Positions 9,907 through 17,423 of a DNA stretch of 17,423 nucleotides are shown here, in pieces. Numbering within the stretch: position 1 is the stretch's first letter; every line of letters begins with the position of its first letter. The stretch is from Octopus sinensis (lineage: Eukaryota): contig NW_021824934.1 in NCBI RefSeq assembly GCF_006345805.1, positions 1 to 17,423 of the forward strand. Reading direction: 5' to 3'. A program made the translations under genes and the position numbers. The notes beneath the pieces were generated by a model. The model made no database searches. It worked only from the letters and a program-made list of their open reading frames with translations, and was not told where the DNA came from.

Positions 9907-10070
9907 TATACATATACGACGGGCTTCTTTCAGTTTCCGTCTACCACATCCACTCACAAGACTTTGGTCGGCCTGTGGCTATAGCAGAAGACACTTGCCG
10001 AAGGTGCCATACAGTGGGAGTGAACCTGGAATTATATGGTTGAGAAGCAAGTTTCTTACAACATACCCAC
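9907..10070 (-). mobile_element. Family A SINE, 5' half only (tRNA head + CORE-like segment)
   Basis: ACGACGGGCTTCTTTCAGTTTCCGTCTACC...GCTATAGCAGAAGACACTTGCC aligns with 4477-4630. Confidence 0.85.
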
Positions 10071-10124
10071 AAATCCTTGATACTGTACTACAGTAGTTTC
10101 TATGAATGTCACATATATCTATGC

Positions 10125-10162
<38 letters not shown>

Positions 10163-10399
10163 ACCTCATGAAGGGATGGTTTCTTCAAAGGAAATACTGG
10201 TTCAATATTTTCAGGGAATTAATTAATTTCTTTATAATAATATATATGTATATAAAGCCATATACTTTTTAGTCATATAGAAGAGATAGAAAATGGAGAT
10301 CGAGAAGTTAATAACTGCTTATTATTACAGCAAATAATCCTCTTAAATTATTAACTTCCTAATCTCCATTTTTCTTTTTCTCCTTCTTATATATATATA

Positions 10400-10439
<40 letters not shown>

Positions 10440-10764
10440 GGTTTTTATATATATATATATAAGTTATATAATTAAATATAATATATAATTATATAATTGC
10501 ATAATTACATATATATTCGGCTGTTTGGTGTCAGCAACAGTATGGAGGTATATGCTATTGGATTTACTTCAGGAATCTCTTTGTGTCCATAAAATTTATG
10601 TGAAAAGATGCGAGACAAAAAATGCAATTCACGAGTCTTTATTCGGAATCTCGACGATCATTCCGATTCATTGTGTACGGCACGGGTTGAGTTGATGATG
10701 AATCGAAAAAAAAAAAAATCGTTGTCGAAACGATCGTTGTGAATATAAAGTCTCGCGAATCCCA

Positions 10765-11047
10765 TTTTCTGTCTGTCATCATCGTATAGGTTGATATTGG
10801 TGAACGCAATTTCAATTCTTAGTGCGTTGTGTTCTTGAGCAAAATACTTTATCTCAGGCTCCTCAGCGATCATTTTGACACCTGACGCATGGCACACAGT
10901 GATACCTGTTCAGACAACGTCACTTTAATGTGGAGAGTCAGCTTAACGTGCAACAGGAGCATTTGATCGCTATAAACAAATCATTTGTGCAGGTCGTTCG
11001 GCAAATGTCAAACGCTTCTACGTCGTCTTCGACGGGAGAAACCATCT
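10765..11047 (+). mobile_element. Probable CORE-type SINE of a further family (D)
   Basis: CORE-like GCGTTGTGTTCTTGAGCAAAATACTTT, comparable to CTTGGGCAAGTGTCTT in family A. It is followed by a CpG-containing body (TTGATCGCTATAAACAAATCATTTGTGCAGG) that I recall as an octopus repeat and ends in (TA)n. The 5' boundary is approximate. Confidence 0.45.
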
Positions 11048-11051
11048 TGTT

Positions 11052-11103
<52 letters not shown>

Positions 11104-11143
11104 ATATCTATATATATATATATATATTATATCTATTATATAT

Positions 11144-11345
11144 ACTTCTACTTTATTCTTGTGTCAGTCATTTGATTGTAGCAATGCTGGAGCACCGCAT
11201 ATAGTCGAACAAATCGACCCCAGGATATATATTTTGTAAGCTTAGTACTTATTCTATCCGTCTATTTTGCCGAAACGCTAAGTTACGTTGACATAAATAC
11301 AACATCAGTTCTCAAGCGATAGTGGGGGGATGAATACAGTCACAT
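11144..11345 (-). mobile_element. Family A SINE, diverged 3' module
   Basis: CAGTCATTTGATTGTAGCAATGCTGGAGCACCGC...AAATCGACCCAGG...TAGTACTTATTCTATCCG...GCTAAGTTACG. Confidence 0.8.
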
Positions 11346-11357
11346 ATACTTACTTAT

Positions 11358-11400
<43 letters not shown>

Positions 11401-11454
11401 AATATATATATTTAAAAAAGGAGATGTGGAACACGAGTTGTGATATATAAAAAA

Positions 11455-12385
11455 AGGAAATGAAGAAAATGCTGACAAAATAATTTAAGTAAGGGAGAGT
11501 GTATTTAATTAGGTGAAAGTTCTTTTTACCGATTGTGCATTTGTTATGCTTATCAAAAGATATTTTGAGTGAGATAGAGTTCCTTTCTGATTGATTTTTT
11601 TCTCTTATCTGACTTTATGTTGGGTTTTCTGTCTCTTGTATGTGAAAAAAGAGGCTCCAGAGTTGTTTAAGATTTGCTTGGTTTCGCGCCTAAAATTTCT
11701 TGTGGACAATGGTCAATACAAATTTGATTGGTCATTACAAAGGGGTCACGTGAATGTTTGAATGGAAGTTGGTGTTGGGTAAGAAAATAGGCTCCAGAGA
11801 TGTTAAAATTTGACTGGTATCGCGCCTATGTGGTCATAATAGAGAGGTCACGTGAATGTTTAGAATGAATGTTGATGTGGGTGGTGTATGGAGTTTTCGA
11901 AAATAGCGTTGTTGAAAATTCTTATTGTTCAGGCTGGTCAGTAGAAGTCATGTGGATATTTTGAATAGCTTTTTAGCGCGTAGTTAAGGAGTGTATTTTC
12001 CGCTTGACTGAATTTGAGCTGGAAAAGTAAGTTCGTTTAGGACAGGAAGAGCTATATGTATGTATGTGTGCGCGTGTGTGGTGTGTTTATATGTATGTTG
12101 GGGCGCGCGCGCGTGTATATATGTGTGCGTGTGTGGGTACAATTTTCAATATTTATAGTTCTGCTGGCCTTGTGCCTGTATCGGGAAGCACGTGTTTTGT
12201 GTGAAGTCAATATTTACAGTCATTTCCAAAAATGTGTTGGGATGTTTTGCACCCGTATCAATTATGTGTATGAGTGGAACCATATATTGCGTGTGTCATG
12301 GTGTTAATATATGGGTAAAAGTGTGTGTAGGGTGTGTACATGTGTAGTGTGTTGTTGTGGGTTCGTGTTAGGGGTATGTTAGGAG
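11455..12385 (-). repeat. Left arm: inverted copy of the PLE 3' end (pseudo-LTR)
   Basis: AAGGAAATGAAGAAAATGCTGACAAAATAATTTAAG... through ...GTTCGTGTTAGGGG is complementary to 15052-15982. By eye there are about 13 substitutions and a similar number of 1-nt indels over the outer ~590 bp. Confidence 0.95.
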
Positions 12386-15074
12386 GAACATGGACCCTGG
12401 AAACCTCACCACCAGAATTACATTAACGAATTTCCCCCTTCAAGAGACACTATACACAATAACTCAACAACTACTCGATACCTTATTACAAATAAAGAGG
12501 ATTCCACTACCAGGATAGACACAACAACATCCACACCACGAGGGGACAACAAGGTAATTTTCACTTTCTCAACTCTCACAATACACAACAAGCCCATACC
12601 ACTCGATACAAGCACCCACGTAGGCCACTCATATCACCACAATCCAACATGACACAAAGAAACACACAGCCAACACCTGCATACAGGAACACCCCATTCT
12701 ATCCACAACCACGAACCCGAACCATATTTCACAACAAGGAATATAACAAACACACAGGACCTCTTAACGCCAACAGACAACCCCTCTACCCCAACCATTT
12801 TTTAGACACAGCACACAGATACAGGCAAACAAAATAACACAGGACAGGGAAGAGAAACAGAAACTAATTAAGTCATCAATTTAACCAATACAGAACCCAA
12901 CCCCACCTTCTCAACTTACTCTCCAAAGGTCTTAAATTCACACCAACCCCCCACGTCCAAACTACTACAAATGAAGGAAGACATTACAGAATTTTGTAGA
13001 AAATTACGACTTAGTGAGGAACTATTCGACCAGCACAATGAGGATGAGTCACTAGCTAGAAATAAAAGCAACTACACCCCACCAAAAGTAGAAATAAAAT
13101 CCTAGACGAATTCTGGAGCACATTACAAACTTCCCCTACCAACACTTACACAAACCAAAACCCAAACCAAACCTCAACAAGAAAGAGTGGGAAGAATTAA
13201 ACAAATTAAAAATGAAAGATCTATCACCATTAAAGAGGCCGATAAAGGAAGTGCAGTAGTCTTAATGGAGACAGAATACTATATCAACTTAGCACTCTCC
13301 ACCTTGGAAAATGGAACATATTACGAAAAGGCTGAACACTACAATCAACAGAAATTATGAGAAACTTAAAAACCTGATCAACCCCCACAAAGAAGAACTC
13401 ACTAACAAAGAATTCAACTTCATCACAAATTTCACTAGTAAAACCAGCCTCTTCTACGTATTCCCAAAATTCATAAAGCGAATTAAAGTAGAAGCATGCA
13501 AGAAGCCACAAACTCTGTAATCAATGTCCCCTCACCAAATGACCTCAAATTGAGACCTATAATAGCAGGTCCCGCTTGCGAAACCACCGCCTTAGCAACT
13601 TCATTGATACCCTTCTCAAGCCCTTCCTCAAACACATTAAAGCTACATAAGGGACGATCTAGATATGCTCAACCACCTCCCCAATACACTTCTTGCTGAA
13701 CAACCCTGCTAGTAACATTCGATGTAGTTAATCTTTACTCCAACATCCCCCACAACCTAGGAATAGAAGCTATCCAATTCTGGCTGGATAATTACTCCAA
13801 CGAACTCCCACACCGCATCAAAAAGGAATTTATTTTAGAAGGACTCAAATTCATCTTAGAGAATAATTTCTTCACCTTCAACAACAAATTACAGACAGAA
13901 ATCAGGGACGGCAATGGGAACGAAAACAGCTCCCACTTACGCCAACCTAGTCATGGGATACCTGGAAATCACCCTCTATAATAACGTTCTTAACCAATTG
14001 GCACCACTCTCCACACACACATAGAAAGAACTGGAAGAGATATCTTGATGACTGCTTCATCCTTTGGCCCGAAACCATCAAGAAGCTTAAAGAATTTCAC
14101 ACCCTTATAAATGGGCTCAACACAAACATTATTTTCACAATGGAATACAGCCCTCAACAAATTCCTTCCTCGACATCCTCATTAAAATTCACAACAAAAA
14201 TAGAAACAGACATATACTACAAGCCCACAGACTCCAAGCAATACCTCCCTTTCAATTCATGCCACCCTAGACACGTTAAAATTAACATTCCCTACAACTT
14301 AGCCAAGAGAATTTGCACTATAGTCTCCAATAAAAACACCCGTCTCTTACGTCTACAAGAACTTGACACATTAACAAGCAGGGATTACCCCACGTCACTA
14401 ATTGACACTGGGATCCAACGCGCCCTAGAACTCAGCACACAGGAACTTAGACGCCCTAAACCTGTTACATCGAAACCCCATACTCTACCATACATCTCTA
14501 CACACAACCCTCTCAACAATGAAGCTTTTGACACCATCCTCCAGAACATTCCTGTATTAAAAGGACCATAGAATGAACCAAATCCTCCTAACACACGAAA
14601 TCATAAAGAGCAAAAGGCAACAAATCATTGAAAACCATCCTAACAAATGCCAAAGTACTGCCAACCACAACTAAACCCACAGTAAAGAAATGCAATAGAC
14701 CCACTGTGGTATATGCATCAACCTAATAGAAGGTCCGGAATTCCTTTTTAAACAGGACAACGTTTCACAGTAAAACACAACTTCACATGCGCATCAGAAA
14801 ACCTAGTATATGTCTTAACTTGCTCGGGCTGTAATGAACACTACATAGGCCAAACTAAAAATAGCCTCCGCCACAGATCCCAAATAAAATACAGGAATAC
14901 AGAAAAATAGCACTTAGTAACACATATTGATACCTGTGCCGCACAACTTCATCCCAATTTTAGAATCTTTCCCCCTCTACCAATTTAAAGACAATGCCAC
15001 TCATACCCAGCGAATAACCATGGAAATCCCACCTTATTAATAAATACAGACCACTTCTAAACACATCCCCCTAA
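12386..15074 (+). pseudogene. PLE polyprotein (reverse transcriptase + GIY-YIG endonuclease), frameshifted in this sequence
   Basis: Motifs read across frames: LSKGLKFTPTP (12919-12951), IKEADKGSAVV (ADKG 13238-13249), LRPII (13550-13564), FDVVNLYSNIP (13718-13750), GTAMGTKTAPTYANLVMGYLE (from 13905), WKRYLDDCF (YLDD 14041-14052), TDIYYKPTDSKQYLPFNSCHP, C-x4-C-x2-C (14691-14716), LVYVLTCSGCNEHYIGQT (14803-14856), HLINKYRPLLNTSP* (stop 15072-15074). Recognisable homology starts at ~12872. The upstream part is low-complexity and its frame is uncertain. Confidence 0.95.
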
Positions 15075-15982
15075 CACGAACCAACAACAAACACACTTAC
15101 ACCTGTACACACCTACACACACTTTTCACCCTATATTAACACCATGACACACGCAAATATATGGTTCCACACATACACATAATTTGATACGGTGCAAAAC
15201 ATCCAACACTATTTTTTGGAAATGACTGTAAATATTGACTTCACACAAAACACGTTGCTTCCCGATACAGGCACAAGGCCAGCAGAACTATAAATATTGA
15301 AAATTGTACCACCACACGCCACATATATATATCGCGCGGCGCCCCACATACATATAAACACACACACACACGCGCACACATACATACATATAGCTATTCT
15401 GTCCTAAACGAACTTACTTTTCCAGCTCAAATTCAGTCAAGCGGAAAATACACTCCTTAGCTACGCGCTAAAAGCTATTCAAAATATCACATGACGTCTA
15501 CTGACCAGCCTGAACAATAAGAATTTTCCACAACGCTATTTCGAAACTCTCATACACCACCCACATCAACATTCATTCTAAACATTCACGTGACCTCTCT
15601 ATTATACCACATAGGCGCGATACCAGTCAATTTTAACATCTCTGGAGCCTATTTTCTTACCCACACCAACTTCCATTCAAACATTCACGTGACCCCTTTA
15701 TAATGACCAATCAAAATTGTATTGACCATTGTCCACAAGAAATTTTAGGCGCGAAACCAAGCAAATCTAAACAACTCTGGAGCCTCTTTTTTTCACATAT
15801 AAGAGACAGCAAACCCAACATAAAGTCAGATAAGAGAGAAAAAATCAATCAGAAAGGACTCTATCTCACTCAAAATATTTTGATGAGCATTACAAATGCG
15901 CAACCGGTAAAAAACTTTCAACCTAATTAAATACACTCTCCCTTACTTAAATTATTTGTCAGCATTTTCTTCATTTCCTTTA
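15052..15982 (+). repeat. Right arm: PLE 3' end / pseudo-LTR (last codons of ORF + 3' UTR)
   Basis: Reverse complement of 11455-12385. It starts within the last ~8 codons of the ORF. Confidence 0.95.
15880..15914 (+). ncRNA. Candidate degenerate minimal type I hammerhead ribozyme motif in the PLE pseudo-LTR
   Basis: TTGATGA-GCAT(TACAA)ATGC-GCAA-CCGG-TA follows the order CUGAUGA/stem II/GAAA/palindromic stem III/UH. It has C3U and A13C changes and a weak stem I. Confidence 0.35.
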
Positions 15983-15984
15983 TA

Positions 15985-15985
15985 T

Positions 15986-16018
<33 letters not shown>

Positions 16019-16180
16019 ATATTAATGTATGTATGTATGTACATATGTATGTATGTATGTATGTGTGTAATATATATACATTCATACATACATACACACA
16101 GAAAGGCACACACACACACATACACGCACTCACACACACACACATACACGCACTCACACACACACACATATCATATATAT
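15985..16180. repeat. (TA)n/(TATG)n/(CA)n microsatellite flank of the PLE
   Basis: Directly visible. Confidence 0.9.
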
Positions 16181-16448
16181 GTTGCGGTATGATCTGATAG
16201 TTTTCGGCATATCTCAGATGAGTAATTATAGTTTGTTGCCGTGACTAAATTACTCAAAATTAGTAAATCAACCAATTTAATTCTCGTATTTTCACACGAG
16301 ATTTCCTCCCGTGTCGGTTAGCTTAGAAAAGTGGGTCAATATCCGGAGCCTGTGATCTTATATACGGAACGTATTTTCTGTATTTTACAACGTTGTACAT
16401 ACAGCTATATATAATATATATATAATAAATATATATATATATATATAT

Positions 16449-16608
16449 ACTCTTTTACTCTTTTACTTTTCAGTCGTTTGACTGTGGCCATGCTGGAGAA
16501 CAGATTTTGGCGAGCAAATCGACCCTAGGACTTATTCTTTGAAAGCCTAGTACTTAGTGTATCGGTCTCTTTGAGAAATCGCTAAGTTACGGAAATGTAA
16601 ACACACCA

Positions 16609-16612
<4 letters not shown>
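16449..16612 (-). mobile_element. Family A SINE, truncated 3' module
   Basis: ACTCTTTTACTCTTTTACTTTTCAGTCGTTTGACTGTGGCCATGCTGGAG...GCAAATCGACCC...GTAAACACACCAGCAT. Confidence 0.85.
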
Positions 16613-16643
<31 letters not shown>

Positions 16644-16871
16644 TATAGATATATATCGTGTGCGATGGGTAAATTGTTGCCATTTTATATTTTCAATTTC
16701 GCGCATGAGCATTGTTGGCTTTTGATTTTGTCGACGACACAGTATAGTAGGGTCAGTTGGGCACCCTGTGTGAGAAAAATAGCACCATGACATAATTCAC
16801 TCTGCCAGAAATTTGGAAACGACATGCTGGACTGCTTGATATTCGTGCTGTAATCTCCCGTAGGAATATTA

Positions 16872-17104
16872 TATGTATGTGTGTATATGTTTGTGTGTCT
16901 GTGTTTGTCCCCCACCTCCAACTTCGCTTGACAACCGATGCTGGTGTGTTTACGTCTCCGTAACTTGGCGGTTCGGCAAAGAGACCGATAGACTAAGTAC
17001 TAGGCTTACAAAGAATAAGTCCTGGGGTCGATTTGCTCGCTCGACTAAAGGCGGTTCTCCAGCATGGCCACAGTCAAATGACTGAAACAAGTAAAAGAGT
17101 AAAA
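16872..17104 (+). mobile_element. Family A SINE, 3' half (internal microsatellite + 3' module)
   Basis: GCTTGACAACCGATGCTGGTGTGTTTACG...CCTGGGGTCGATTTGCTCG...GACTGAAACAAGTAAAAGAGTAAAA matches 180-398. Confidence 0.9.
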
Positions 17105-17324
17105 TAGTATATATATATATACTATTTTATTGAAGCCGAAATAATATTCACCAGCTATTACTCAGAAGTTCACGTAAATATTCATAAGATAAGGAAGACT
17201 TGTCTGTATTCTTACAACTCTCAGGATTTTTCTTTGGCTATCATAAAACAGCAGTTTACTCTACTTTTGGTAGTCGAGTACTATTTTCCTCTCCTTGTTT
17301 TGCTCCTATGTGCTTGCATGTATG

Positions 17325-17423
17325 TGTGCCTCTGCGTGCTTGTGTACGTATGTATGTATTTATATATATATATATATATAGATGTATACACATGTATATA
17401 TATAATATATATGTATATATATA
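17325..17423. repeat. (TG)n/(TA)n microsatellite to window end
   Basis: Directly visible. Confidence 0.85.

Larger units (their letters stand above)
11445..15984 (+). mobile_element. Penelope-like retroelement (probably Neptune group), probably 5'-truncated, flanked by ~930 bp inverted repeats
   Basis: It contains a PLE-type RT, a Cys linker and a GIY-YIG endonuclease in one disrupted frame. 11455-12385 is the reverse complement of 15052-15982. Both outer ends abut TA-rich simple repeats. Confidence 0.92.

Noticed and set aside
10930-11050. Protein-like frames such as GAFDRYKQIICAGRSANVKRFYVVFDGRNHLVY
   Set aside because: The frame has an in-frame stop just upstream and weak splice signals, and the segment is better explained as the body of a CORE-type SINE.
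12381-12392. AGGAGG directly upstream of ATG at 12390 (Shine-Dalgarno-like)
   Set aside because: This is a eukaryotic locus, the spacing is too short, the motif lies at the inversion junction, and that frame closes early.
11455-15982. Interpretation as a DNA transposon with long TIRs
   Set aside because: No transposase is present. The arm includes the ORF's last codons and 3' UTR, so it is a duplicated retroelement end.
16213-16270. CAGATGA...hairpin...CAAAA as a hammerhead ribozyme
   Set aside because: U4 and G12 do not match, the stem would consume G8/A9, and there is no convincing stem I or III.

Overview
AT-rich, microsatellite-dense animal genomic DNA. The SINE families and (TA)n density point to an octopod cephalopod (Octopus sp.), which is an inference from remembered repeat families. 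No host protein-coding gene can be confirmed, and most entries in the ORF track are translations of microsatellites or SINEs. The dominant feature is a ~4.5 kb Penelope-like retroelement (PLE, probably Neptune group) at ~11445-15984. It carries a + strand RT + Cys-linker + GIY-YIG ORF broken almost only by single-base homopolymer deletions. It is bracketed by ~930 bp inverted repeats (an inverted copy of its own 3' end), each with a degenerate minimal hammerhead-like motif. The rest holds at least 12 copies or fragments of tRNA-derived SINEs. These include a CORE-type composite family 'A', a GGTCGA-rich family 'B' that forms a head-to-tail trimer with a palindromic junction, and two weaker families. 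There are also possible DNA-transposon remnants, several hairpins or palindromes, and a few weak exon candidates. Family letters are my own labels. All alignments and counts were done by eye.
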